Position numbers and translations under genes: made by a program. This document shows positions 1-9,151 of a stretch of DNA of 64,000 nucleotides, piece after piece. The notes beneath the pieces were generated by a model. It was given only the letters and a program-made list of their open reading frames with translations. It had not been told where the DNA came from and ran no database searches. The stretch comes from Pseudomonadota bacterium (lineage in GTDB: Bacteria; Myxococcota_A; Polyangia; JAAYKL01): contig JALNZK010000003.1 in NCBI GenBank assembly GCA_023229365.1, positions 10,339 through 74,338 on the forward strand, read 5' to 3'. Numbering within the stretch: position 1 is the stretch's first letter; each line of letters starts with the position of its first letter.

Positions 1-226
1 CTATAGATTTTTCTCCCGAGTCAATAAGGAGTCCTCTTTTTGTTATCATCCGAAAACCCTTATCTTGTTTCGGCCTTACGTGAATCGCTATTAGGTTGGC
101 CACATATTGTTCGGGAGTTACCGCCATTGTTTGACATTTCTTTTTCAAGAGGTCTAGATCGGATTTTGGAAGAGATATATTAATACTGCGAGGAATTGAC
201 CGAAAAATATTAGATAAAAATTTCAT
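1..226 (-). CDS. hypothetical protein, N-terminal fragment (continues past window start); possible ribbon-helix-helix fold
   Basis: Hand translation: ATG 226-224 overlaps the TGA of gene 223..621 (ATGA). MKFLSNIFRSIPRSINISLPKSDLDLLKKKCQTMAVTPEQYVANLIAIH... stays open to base 1. Confidence 0.4.
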   Translation of the reverse strand, partial: MKFLSNIFRSIPRSINISLPKSDLDLLKKKCQTMAVTPEQYVANLIAIHVRPKQDKGFRMITKRGLLIDSGEKSI

Positions 227-621
227 ATCTTCTCTCCCCTCTTAAAATATCTACATTCTCCTTCCATCAAACATTCTTCTACGCTGTCGTCACATATCCA
301 CCCGATTATACCATTAGTAATCCTTACGATCCATTCAGGGTTGATCATTACTCCGTCTGCGTACCAATAATGAGGAAGTTTAAGGTCAATCTTGTTTTCT
401 TCTAACAGACTTTTATAAGTCAAAAATAAAATTTGTCGGAACTCTTGACAGCGCTTCATTTCTGGCGCAGTTTCTGCGGATAATACGATTATAGCATAGG
501 CTAAAGGTTTATACTCATCGGGAATTTCCTTGAACAATGATTTAAACTTTTCGGCGGAATGTCTTCCCGCTTCTGTGAAAAATGATTCTGGTAAATTTCT
601 TGTTAACCAATCGTCGTTCAT
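223..621 (-). CDS. hypothetical protein (132 aa)
   Basis: ORF track; dominant strand; 4-nt ATGA overlap with upstream gene 618..809. No domain recognised. Confidence 0.6.
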   Translation of the reverse strand: MNDDWLTRNLPESFFTEAGRHSAEKFKSLFKEIPDEYKPLAYAIIVLSAETAPEMKRCQEFRQILFLTYKSLLEENKIDLKLPHYWYADGVMINPEWIVRITNGIIGWICDDSVEECLMEGECRYFKRGEKI

Positions 622-809
622 TGTCTCTCCTTTAACACGGTTTCAAGATTCTTTCCACGATTGGGGCAGTCTATATCAAACTCGTAGAAGCCTGATTGGC
701 CTCCAGTTTGGTCTAATGGTATCGGTTGAGCCTCAACGCGCTGAGCCGTACCACAATGCCAACACTTGAAATTGACTATCATTTTATGCCTCTCCCTTAA
801 TCCACTCAT
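618..809 (-). CDS. small zinc-ribbon protein (63 aa)
   Basis: Two Cys pairs (CWHCG ... CPNRG) in a 63-aa ORF on the dominant strand. Confidence 0.5.
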   Translation of the reverse strand: MSGLRERHKMIVNFKCWHCGTAQRVEAQPIPLDQTGGQSGFYEFDIDCPNRGKNLETVLKERQ

Positions 810-1182
810 ATGTATTCACATGCGTCCGATTTACCAGATCACGCGCCGCCTGTTCTTGCTCGCGTTTTATTTCTGCTATTTCGTTTTGTCGTCTTACATA
901 TTCGATCTCAACCATCTTGACTATTTCGAGATCGGTCGTATTGGTAATCATTGAGCAATTTAATAATTTCAACGCATTGACCATCGCGTGATTGTCGCAA
1001 ATATATGAGTCCACGCTTAAAATTACATTCCAATTATTTTCTGCCAGATCAAATTCAATCATGTCCTCAAGTTGATTATCGAGTATATTGACATACTCAC
1101 CGTCAACTCGCGTGATCGCAATCGATCCGTTATCGGCGCACGACAGGCCGATTAGTATTATAAATATTAGTAAGTATTTCAT
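784..1182 (-). CDS. secreted or membrane-anchored protein
   Basis: ORF track gives 784..1224. The internal ATG at 1182 overlaps the stop of the upstream gene (ATGA) and gives a hydrophobic signal-like N-terminus, MKYLLIFIILIGLSCADNG. Confidence 0.5.
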   Translation of the reverse strand: MKYLLIFIILIGLSCADNGSIAITRVDGEYVNILDNQLEDMIEFDLAENNWNVILSVDSYICDNHAMVNALKLLNCSMITNTTDLEIVKMVEIEYVRRQNEIAEIKREQEQAARDLVNRTHVNTYEWIKGEA

Positions 1183-1589
1183 TTTATTTCTCCCCTCTCC
1201 TTCATTTTCTCGTAAACTCCACACGCAGGTTCACAGTGTAATGGTACAATAAATTCTCTCGATTCTATTGGCTCCGACGATAAAAACGGATGCAACCGAC
1301 ATATTTCCGGTCTAACCTCATATATTTTACACTTCTTGTTTTTAAGGTTATAAAATTTACAAGGTCTATCGTGCTTAATAATTAGCGAACCATTTTCAGG
1401 ATTAATTCTACAGTGTCTTTTTGCTGCGACTTTCATCGACTTCCCAAAGTATTCTGCGATCCTTTTTAAATCTTCCATAGTGACATCTATGGGCGTACAC
1501 TGAGTACAACAGTTTCCACAATTGGAACACTCAAATTCTTCCTGAGCCCTTAAACGGGCTGCGTAAGTTGGGCTAACGTAGTACATCAT
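1179..1589 (-). CDS. YkgJ/UPF0153-type Cys-cluster (CxxCxxCC) protein
   Basis: CSNCGNCCTQC motif plus further conserved Cys (CKFY..CKIY..C), as in the zinc/iron-chelating YkgJ family. Confidence 0.6.
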   Translation of the reverse strand: MMYYVSPTYAARLRAQEEFECSNCGNCCTQCTPIDVTMEDLKRIAEYFGKSMKVAAKRHCRINPENGSLIIKHDRPCKFYNLKNKKCKIYEVRPEICRLHPFLSSEPIESREFIVPLHCEPACGVYEKMKERGEIK

Positions 1590-1740
1590 CTATACATCCC
1601 CATTTCTGTCATAGAGGCAAAATACCCTAGAGATGAAAGAATCACATGTAACGGAACATAGCGAAAATGTTCTTTTGCACAAGATAGGGCGAGGTAAAAA
1701 TATAAGGTTCCATATAGGCCCCATCCGATTGAAAAGAAAG

Positions 1741-2127
1741 TTATTTCCATAGTCCCAATCTCCCCGTAATTTTATCGATATTCTCGTTTAAATCAGGTCC
1801 GATTCCTATGCAGGTAAGAGTGTTGGGGTCCAGTTCTGTCAGGCCGAAATCATAAACCGTATAGAACGGAAGATTGTGTTCCGCACACTTTCCTTCGAGC
1901 GCTATAATTTCTTTCGCCGATGGGACCCTAAGAACTATCTTTCGAAATCCTTCGGCAAACCAATTTTCCAGCGTTGCTTTTGCTCGATATACTCCAGATC
2001 CGTTACATATCACTCCCACGCTCGCGTGAGCTACCTGAACCGCCAGTTTCCCCGGCGACATTTTAAGATCTTCTCGGACAACTATTACTTGCTTATAAAG
2101 GAATTTAGTAGTCATAATATTTGTCAT
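1741..2127 (-). CDS. pth2: peptidyl-tRNA hydrolase, archaeal/eukaryotic Pth2 type
   Basis: KQVIVVREDLKMSPGKLAVQVAHASV ... FRKIVLRV ... GLTELDPNTLTCIGIGP aligns by eye along its whole length with Pth2 proteins. Confidence 0.85.
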   Translation of the reverse strand: MTNIMTTKFLYKQVIVVREDLKMSPGKLAVQVAHASVGVICNGSGVYRAKATLENWFAEGFRKIVLRVPSAKEIIALEGKCAEHNLPFYTVYDFGLTELDPNTLTCIGIGPDLNENIDKITGRLGLWK

Positions 2128-2692
2128 CTCCGATTTTCTCTACTTTAAGAACTTTAATGGTCGGAACCGTAATTTCTAGATAATTGTCATATTCCATATC
2201 TTCCTCTTCTATTATCTTTCTGTCTGCTTCATCTGGATCTGGAGCGCTCACAACCATTTTACCTGTAAAGGTGGTCTTAACCGTAAACTCCACCATATAG
2301 TCGGGCATCTCTTCCTTTCTCCTCTTAATTTCTTCGTCCCACAGTATACTCTTCATACAGTCTTCTAGGTCATAAAACTTTTGGTGGAGCCTTTTGAGAT
2401 TATCAAGACTCGTATTATGCTTTCCAAGGAAGAACGAGATCTGATTTGCAATTTCGTGTATCTCAGATTCGGAGTCTTTAGTATTCATAGTTTTGGTTTC
2501 TTCTTTGTGTTGCTCGATTTCTTCCTTCGTGATTTTTCGTAGATCTTCTGCATAATATTCATGCCCTTCTTTGTCCGTGCAATACGCTTTTTTACTCCAT
2601 GTACTAAATCTAATTGTTTTTATTTGGAACACTAAAAGGGGTGGATATGCGAGTTGTACCCAATCGCCCGTCTCCAATATGTCGGAACTCAT
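2105..2692 (-). CDS. hypothetical protein (195 aa)
   Basis: ORF track; dominant strand; overlaps neighbours by a few nt. No domain recognised. Confidence 0.5.
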   Translation of the reverse strand: MSSDILETGDWVQLAYPPLLVFQIKTIRFSTWSKKAYCTDKEGHEYYAEDLRKITKEEIEQHKEETKTMNTKDSESEIHEIANQISFFLGKHNTSLDNLKRLHQKFYDLEDCMKSILWDEEIKRRKEEMPDYMVEFTVKTTFTGKMVVSAPDPDEADRKIIEEEDMEYDNYLEITVPTIKVLKVEKIGDDKYYDY

Positions 2693-3132
2693 TTCCTTAA
2701 CCTCTCTATATCATCTAGAATAATGTTCGTGATTTCTTTTACTACCACTTCAAGTTCAGCAAGACCTTTCATATGACTCATTAAATCTTGAATCTTTTCT
2801 GGCGGAGTTTTTCTACAGTCTGGACATAGATAAAAGTATCCAGCTCTATAATCGTCCGACGCGGGATAATCATAACACGAGTAAGAGTCTCCACTATATC
2901 CGGCATCACCTACTTCAAACTCATATTCCTCAAAGATTTTATTTTTCTGAAGGCAAAAATTGCAAGCATGTTTTCCACACCCCAGACATGAGGGCATTCT
3001 GTCTCCCGATCCTCTGGCGCAAAAATCACAGTCCCAGACAATTCTAGGGACATCTATAGTAATTACTTCGTTCACCGCTGGCACGACGGTTCTTACTTCT
3101 TTTTTTCTCTCGATAATGGTTTTTTGAGTCAT
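2689..3132 (-). CDS. Cys-rich (multi zinc-ribbon) protein (147 aa)
   Basis: CDFC..CLGCGKHACNFC..CPDC pattern; 4-nt overlaps on both sides. Confidence 0.5.
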   Translation of the reverse strand: MTQKTIIERKKEVRTVVPAVNEVITIDVPRIVWDCDFCARGSGDRMPSCLGCGKHACNFCLQKNKIFEEYEFEVGDAGYSGDSYSCYDYPASDDYRAGYFYLCPDCRKTPPEKIQDLMSHMKGLAELEVVVKEITNIILDDIERLRK

Positions 3133-3626
3133 AATCCGTCTCCGTACATTGGAGTATCTAATCTTCTCTTTACGTTTTCTTTTATCTCATCCCTTACCTG
3201 CACCAAAAGTTTTCCTAGCATATTCTGACTTCCGGGAAGCGCTCCGCCCCAGAACATATCAGTTGGCGAATCCTCAATAAGAATTGCATCTCCAGTCCAT
3301 AGTAACAAGTATCTCAGGGTATTATTGTAGTGGAACTTCTTTCTCAATCCTTCCAACATAACCTCCGTTTTCTTTGTCTCCCACTTTTGAACCATTTCTT
3401 CGGGTCTCAAATTTCTGCCCGCGGTCATGGCGGCGTAAGCGGTTGGTGCTCTTCGTATCCATTCTTTCATCGCGTAACTTTTTGCTTTTTGAGATTGATA
3501 ATAATGTTCGTTCGTTTGATAAGTATCCGGTTTGGTTCCATATCCAAAATCTATTGGTTCTCTCCAAAAATTAGACAGGAATCCATAAGGCTCCTCTCTT
3601 AAATAAAATCTTATTTCTTCGGACAT
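3129..3626 (-). CDS. NADAR (YbiA/DUF1768) family protein
   Basis: YGFLSNFW ... NEHYYQSQKA ... GRNLR ... W...K..VMLEGLRKKF ... TGDAILIEDSPTDMFWG matches the YbiA/NADAR pattern. Confidence 0.8.
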   Translation of the reverse strand: MSEEIRFYLREEPYGFLSNFWREPIDFGYGTKPDTYQTNEHYYQSQKAKSYAMKEWIRRAPTAYAAMTAGRNLRPEEMVQKWETKKTEVMLEGLRKKFHYNNTLRYLLLWTGDAILIEDSPTDMFWGGALPGSQNMLGKLLVQVRDEIKENVKRRLDTPMYGDGL

Positions 3627-3627
3627 T

Positions 3628-3816
3628 TTACTTTTCTCTCCTTAAAATATCATCTAAATGTGTAACGGCCATTTCTACGGCCTTTCCCGGATTATGTCCC
3701 ATATTCATATATCTAGATTGCTCGGATTGGATATATGCATCTATCAGTATGTGGTACTTTGGAACGGTCATTTCCTGTTTAATTTGTTCTATTCTTTTAT
3801 ATAAGTTTTCGGACAT
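3628..3816 (-). CDS. hypothetical protein (62 aa)
   Basis: ORF track; dominant strand; 1-nt gap to upstream gene. Confidence 0.45.
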   Translation of the reverse strand: MSENLYKRIEQIKQEMTVPKYHILIDAYIQSEQSRYMNMGHNPGKAVEMAVTHLDDILRREK

Positions 3817-3856
3817 ATCACTTTCCCCTCTTTATGCCTCGTAATATACATATTAG

Positions 3857-4897
3857 CTAATTATGGTGCGCGGAAAGGGGAATTGTGCGAGTTCCCCGCC
3901 AAGTTACTTTTGTTAATATATTTAGGTCTTCTGACTTCGCAATTTTAGTAATCCGTTTTCCTGTTCTAACACTGTGTAGGGAAATTCTACCCTTATAACT
4001 TCCACCAATATAGGTTAATTTCCACTTAGGATGCCGAACCAAGGTTCCTCTGCTAAATCCCATTGATCGCGTCCCGCCTTGGGGTCTTCTAGTCCCTCCT
4101 TTTGTGAATTGAAACATATGTAATTGTCTTCTATTTAACACTATAGGTGTCCAATAGTTTAAATCTTTTGTGGTAGGTTGGCCTGCTCCGCAGATACTAG
4201 CAGCCATAACCCAAGCATCCACTGCATGAGATTCGAACACCTTCCTGGATTTAACGGAAGTTTTCTTCAGTCGGTACGTATCGCGGAGCATCTTAGTGTC
4301 GTAACCTCTAAATAATTCTAGCTTCAGCCGCATATCCCGAATTGTTTGGTAGAACCACGCTTTTCCCACTTCTAAAGGCGAGAAATTCACATTGAACTTT
4401 CGAGCCCCTTTCCTGGTCTTAGCCGCTATATCTTCCACGCAAACATCTGTGATAGGTAACACCCTCTTTATCTGTTTTAGTATTCGTACCTTGGAATTCC
4501 ATCTAGCTAGGGTCGAAGGCGGCAACCACTTTTTATTTCTATTTCGGTTAAATCTGGCGGGTCTTCTCCAACAGTTTCTATGCCTCCTAGATTTTCGTAG
4601 ATTACGGCGTCTCTCGACCGCGCCCTTAACGTGAATGGGCTCTTCCTGCATACCATTGAGTACCGTCTTATGTTGCCCTACCACGCTCCACCCGGTCCAC
4701 TTTGATCCAGGGTCAATACCAACTACTAACTTCTGGTTATCGGGTACGACCTCTTTGTGTAATATAATACAGAATATTCCTAATTTATTCCAGTAGGCGG
4801 ATGCCTTTCCGTTATCGAGCAGTTTCCTCGCGTGTGCCGGTGATGTAGGCATTAACGGAACCATTCTTGAATCTAATACGGGTATTTGTTGCGACAT
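3857..4897 (-). CDS. isrB: IsrB (HNH-less IscB-like, RuvC-only OMEGA nuclease/nickase)
   Basis: PLMP motif (RMVPLMPTSPAHARKLL); RuvC-I VVGIDPGSKWTGW; Arg-rich bridge helix RRRNLRKSRRHRNCWRRPARFNRNRNKKWLPPS; RuvC-II DVCVEDIA; RuvC-III ESHAVDAW. There is no HNH insert. Length is 346 aa. Confidence 0.85.
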   Translation of the reverse strand: MSQQIPVLDSRMVPLMPTSPAHARKLLDNGKASAYWNKLGIFCIILHKEVVPDNQKLVVGIDPGSKWTGWSVVGQHKTVLNGMQEEPIHVKGAVERRRNLRKSRRHRNCWRRPARFNRNRNKKWLPPSTLARWNSKVRILKQIKRVLPITDVCVEDIAAKTRKGARKFNVNFSPLEVGKAWFYQTIRDMRLKLELFRGYDTKMLRDTYRLKKTSVKSRKVFESHAVDAWVMAASICGAGQPTTKDLNYWTPIVLNRRQLHMFQFTKGGTRRPQGGTRSMGFSRGTLVRHPKWKLTYIGGSYKGRISLHSVRTGKRITKIAKSEDLNILTKVTWRGTRTIPLSAHHN

Positions 4898-5125
4898 ATT
4901 ATGTCTCCTACGGGTTAAACCCGCGTAACATTTCCCTTCGAGATTGCAGAAAAAGCTTAGCCGGATAACGGCGTCCTATTTGGCAAATAGAGAGGTGGTC
5001 CGCATTAGGGAAGCGTGCGGTACGTTCTTGTAGCTTCTGGTGCTGCTGCATGTTCTAATGCCCTCTAGTCAATACTTGCGACGTGTTAGCCATTAACACG
5101 TACCTAGTTTACCTAGATTATCAAC
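4898..5125 (-). ncRNA. candidate IsrB omega-RNA (guide plus scaffold)
   Basis: ORF-free, visibly GC-richer gap immediately 5' of isrB. Perfect 8-bp hairpin at 5071-5091, with further helices at 4900-4917, 4950-4963, 4966-4980 and 4990-5010. Promoter-like box at 5144-5157. The 5' boundary is a guess. Confidence 0.55.
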
Positions 5126-5143
5126 TCAACAATTGCTTGCAAA

Positions 5144-5157
5144 CAATATATTTATTC
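5144..5157 (-). promoter_or_regulatory. TATA/-10-like box GAATAAATATATTG upstream of omega-RNA/isrB
   Basis: Variant of the recurrent TAAATA(G/T)TA intergenic motif; overlaps the stop codon of the polymerase gene. Confidence 0.4.
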
Positions 5158-8100
5158 TCCATTCCAAAACGTACCCTTTGCGGTCGCATTCCACTTTCCT
5201 CTAATAATCGATCCATACATAGGCAACAATCCTCCGCGGCTCATCATGGCTCCGTAGGTTATCTGACCTACATTATCCACGCATTCTATTGAGGAGAATG
5301 CGTTTCCAGCCTTGCTGGTCCCATAACTTATATTTGTTATCAAGAACTCTTTGGCCCCTAGTGTATCGAATCCACCTTCCAATCCTCTCAGTACATTCTT
5401 AGACATTTCATCTTCTACATTACCCATCCATAGTATTTGTAACTTTCCCTCTCTAACTTCTATATGGCCTCTGTTCATGTAATAGGGATTTAAACAAAAC
5501 ACCAAGGGATTCTTTTGTTCTCCCTTAACTATCGTGTCCACAATCTCTTTATGTCTCCTCGCAACTACCGCAGACAAATTTAATGTAACTCTCGACGTGC
5601 CGTCCTCAAAATTCAAAACATACGAAGTGTTCCCATTACTACTAAACGCCTTATGATCATAAACCCATCCAACAGACAATATTGCTTTGTTTTCTACGGA
5701 CTCAGACTTTAAGTAGTTTAAAGGCTTCCTATGTAAATCATATTGAGTTTTTGGCAGTTCATCATACGATCTAGGCCAGGGCAAGGACTTTCTGAGCCTA
5801 AACATCTTTTCCTCCTCAGACCAGTCGTCGCTTGTATTCGGTTCTGTAGACCACCTCCACAGCGTATTCCTAGTGAGTTCCTTTCCCCCTAATAATTGTT
5901 TGCGATTCTTCTCTACTGAATCTAAATAACCGACCTCTACGAGCGTTTGGTAAACATTCTTTTTAATTTTCTTTATCTTATCAAAGTCATCTCCAGCCGC
6001 CAAGACCTTTTTGATTTCTTCAGGTCCGATTCCTTTGACTTTGTTTAATCCTAAGTAAATAATATTTTTGTCTTTATTGAACGTAGTTAATTCTGATGGA
6101 GATTCTACGCTTGGAGGTTTGATTTCTACTCCAGAATCCATCGCTTCTTTTACAAAGGATAAAGACTGAGTTTCATCGGATTCTACGTTAATTAGAGAGG
6201 CATAGAAAGCTAGGGGATAATATAATTTTAACCATGCTGTCCAGTATCCTAGCATAGAATATTCAATAGAATGTGCTTCGTTGAAACTATAGCGTCCAAA
6301 TTCAAGAATTTTGTTGAATAAATTATCAAATTGTGGTTTTGTGAAGCCATTTGATAACGCGCCCCGGAGCATTTTATCTTCACTTTCTTTAAGCGCTTCT
6401 CGACCCTTTGACTTTGCCACCAGCTTCATTTCCCGCTCACTTTCCACCAAAGAGAAATTTCCAATTTGATGGTAGATTTGCATAATCTGTTCTTGATAAC
6501 AAATAATTCCATAGGTGTCCTTCGTGATCGACTCAAGTGTTGGATGATCGTAGTTCCACTCTTTTCCTCCCTTTCGATCTACATAATCAAATGACATCCC
6601 AGAGTTAAGAGGTCCTGGACGACACAAAGCATTCACGGCTACTAAGTCATTAAACTTGTCGGGATTTAGCTTCCTCAAATAGTCTGTCACTAATTGAGAA
6701 CCAAATTGGAATATTCCAGCGGTTTTACTTGACTTAAGAAGTTCAAATATTTTAGGATCAGCATAATCCTCTGGTAAAACATCCCATTCTAATCCAGAGG
6801 ATTTTAACGCTCCGTCGATGACATCTAGGACGGAGATTCCTAGGACATCGAACTTGATTATACCCAAACTTTCCAACATATCCTTTTCAAAACTTGCGGC
6901 GAGGCAATTTTTGATATCTCCTTTGTCATATATTTCTGTTGGGATAGTGCTTTCTAGATCCTTACAAATTACTACTCCTGCGGCATGAAGTCCTACGTGT
7001 CTAATTTTGCCTTTGAGTTTTATAGATGCATCTATTACTTGGGGGTACTTTTTCGCGAACTCTGCGGCGGTTTCTGAAGTAAGAATTATATCTTCGATTT
7101 TAAGGTTCTCTGCGGTCTTAGTGGAGAGTTCTTTGTTGAATTTATTTACCTCGGAAAGGGGAACGTCATAAATTCTGGCTACATCCTTAATTGCGGATTT
7201 ATCAGACCACTCGTTAAACGTCATAATATAGGACACGTTGGTTGGTCCATATTTGAGCCTGAGACTTCCAATTATACTTCCCCTTTTCTCGGCGCTGAAA
7301 TCCATATCAATATCAGGAGTCCGTGTAGGTGAAAGGAATCTCTCCCATAAAGTATTAAATCTTAGTGGATCGACTCGTGTAATTTTTAATAAATATGCAA
7401 GTAGAGAACCGCCAACCGATCCTCTTCCTGGACCCCTTGGAATATTATGGGAATCTGCGTAGTCTGTCATATGCATAACTTTATCAAAATAATTAAAAAA
7501 TTTTCTAGATGTAAGGAGATCTATTTCTTTTGTTATTCTTTCGTTTACTATTTGTGGATCATATCCGTTCTTTTTGGTATAACCTTCAACATCTATTCTA
7601 TCTAAAATCTTTTGTCGGGCTTTCTCTTCATTTCCAGGCAAAGTATCCCCTAGATTTGACGGTAATTCAAAAGTGCATTTGCTAGCTACCTCTAAAGTAT
7701 TAGCAAATAACTCTTCTCTTATGGGGTATATTTTTGGGTGATTCGATTTCAACAAGGACTCTATTTGGTCGCAAGTTAAATTACAAAATGTGTCATCAGA
7801 GAACCCAATTTTATCTGTAATCTTTTTTCTCCATTCGTTCGCTTTTACGAGATCGTGATAATGTTTATCCTCTGGAGAGTTGTAGTGGGAGTCGGTAGTG
7901 ATTATTGGTTTAATATTATACTTTCTTGCTATATTAATTATATATTCATTAAATCTTATTTGTTCCTCCATTCGATTCGGCATTAGTTCCATATAAAGAT
8001 CTTCTCCGAACGCCGCTTGAAGTTTTTGTATTATAGGCTCAGGATCATCTCCTCTTTTCCATCTTTGGGCTACCGTTCCACTAATACATGCGGTGCTACA

Positions 8101-9138
8101 AATTAAACCTTCTGAATGCTTACAAACTTCGTCTAGAGGAATCTTTTGGAATACTTTATTGAAAACTTTATGGACATGTTCTTTTGCAATCGTATGTAAT
8201 TTTAGTAGATTCTTATATCCAATCTCGTTTTTAACAAGAAGAACGAGATGACTTTGTTTTTTCTCAGATTCCTCTATATAGGCTTCTAGTCCAATAATGG
8301 GTTTAATTCCTTTTTTCTTCAGGGCATTTTGAAAGTAAGGGAGACCGGAAAGAGATCCGTGATCTGTTATGGCACACGCTTTGAAGCCTTTCTGCGACAA
8401 ATCTTCTGCTAATTCATCTTCTGTACGGAAAACATCTCCCACAGATCCGTGTTCAGTGTGTACGTGCAAAGGCGCATATCTTTGCATTCCCAACGGAAAA
8501 GGTTTGGTTGACTGAGGTCCATTCGGAATTGGAGATCTCAGAGGACTTGGAAGGGGATCGGTTATTGATTGTTCTGCTGGAGCTTCAATACGTGTCGATC
8601 CATCTTCAAGAAAAAAGTTTACACGCTCGAAGGATTTCACGTAATCCTCAATTTTTACAGCTCCGCGCAGGCAGTAAGACGGATGATATAATCCGACAAA
8701 CCTTCTGCCGCTATCGTCTTTTAGGGTTTGTCCAATCGCTTCCGAGATTTTTTTGGCAGGGAAGAAGAAGTTTAGAGCGGTAGCTCCGAGGCACACGATG
8801 AGTTCTGGATTTAGCAATTCTAACTGTTGCTCCAGCCAGGGCTTGCACGCGGCGATCTCTTCTGACGTTGGTTTTCTGTTTTCTGGCGGGCGGCATTTTA
8901 AAATATTGAGAATGCAAAAATCTTTAATCCCATTTTCCGATATGCAGCGATCCAGTAACATTCCAGAGCGGCCCACAAATGGCTTCCCTGCGGCGTCTTC
9001 GGCCTCACCCGGAGCTTCCCCCAAAATTACTATTTTCGGAGTCTGCGAACCGCGTCCGACGACAACGTTTTTTCTTGATTCGCAGAGTCCACATTTTTTA
9101 CACGATTTGATTTCTTGAGATAGAATTTTTAGATCCAA
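5152..9138 (-). CDS. dnaE: family-4 uracil-DNA glycosylase fused to DNA polymerase III alpha (PHP + DnaE core)
   Basis: N-terminus: CKKCGL ... GEAPGEAEDAAGKPFVGRSG ... LYHPSY (UDG family 4). Then PHP HVHTEHGSVGD. A roughly 1100-aa DnaE-like body follows (GRGSVGGSLLAYLL, DIDMDF, HAAGVVI, GIIKFDVLG). Confidence 0.85.
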   Translation of the reverse strand: MDLKILSQEIKSCKKCGLCESRKNVVVGRGSQTPKIVILGEAPGEAEDAAGKPFVGRSGMLLDRCISENGIKDFCILNILKCRPPENRKPTSEEIAACKPWLEQQLELLNPELIVCLGATALNFFFPAKKISEAIGQTLKDDSGRRFVGLYHPSYCLRGAVKIEDYVKSFERVNFFLEDGSTRIEAPAEQSITDPLPSPLRSPIPNGPQSTKPFPLGMQRYAPLHVHTEHGSVGDVFRTEDELAEDLSQKGFKACAITDHGSLSGLPYFQNALKKKGIKPIIGLEAYIEESEKKQSHLVLLVKNEIGYKNLLKLHTIAKEHVHKVFNKVFQKIPLDEVCKHSEGLICSTACISGTVAQRWKRGDDPEPIIQKLQAAFGEDLYMELMPNRMEEQIRFNEYIINIARKYNIKPIITTDSHYNSPEDKHYHDLVKANEWRKKITDKIGFSDDTFCNLTCDQIESLLKSNHPKIYPIREELFANTLEVASKCTFELPSNLGDTLPGNEEKARQKILDRIDVEGYTKKNGYDPQIVNERITKEIDLLTSRKFFNYFDKVMHMTDYADSHNIPRGPGRGSVGGSLLAYLLKITRVDPLRFNTLWERFLSPTRTPDIDMDFSAEKRGSIIGSLRLKYGPTNVSYIMTFNEWSDKSAIKDVARIYDVPLSEVNKFNKELSTKTAENLKIEDIILTSETAAEFAKKYPQVIDASIKLKGKIRHVGLHAAGVVICKDLESTIPTEIYDKGDIKNCLAASFEKDMLESLGIIKFDVLGISVLDVIDGALKSSGLEWDVLPEDYADPKIFELLKSSKTAGIFQFGSQLVTDYLRKLNPDKFNDLVAVNALCRPGPLNSGMSFDYVDRKGGKEWNYDHPTLESITKDTYGIICYQEQIMQIYHQIGNFSLVESEREMKLVAKSKGREALKESEDKMLRGALSNGFTKPQFDNLFNKILEFGRYSFNEAHSIEYSMLGYWTAWLKLYYPLAFYASLINVESDETQSLSFVKEAMDSGVEIKPPSVESPSELTTFNKDKNIIYLGLNKVKGIGPEEIKKVLAAGDDFDKIKKIKKNVYQTLVEVGYLDSVEKNRKQLLGGKELTRNTLWRWSTEPNTSDDWSEEEKMFRLRKSLPWPRSYDELPKTQYDLHRKPLNYLKSESVENKAILSVGWVYDHKAFSSNGNTSYVLNFEDGTSRVTLNLSAVVARRHKEIVDTIVKGEQKNPLVFCLNPYYMNRGHIEVREGKLQILWMGNVEDEMSKNVLRGLEGGFDTLGAKEFLITNISYGTSKAGNAFSSIECVDNVGQITYGAMMSRGGLLPMYGSIIRGKWNATAKGTFWNGE

Positions 9139-9151
9139 CTTAAATCATCAC

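Noticed and set aside
3322-3602. Overlapping 66-90-aa ORFs on both strands inside the NADAR gene. Similar small ORFs occur inside the polymerase, NrdD and primase genes.
   Set aside because: They are nested within strongly supported longer genes and have arginine- and serine-rich shadow-frame composition.
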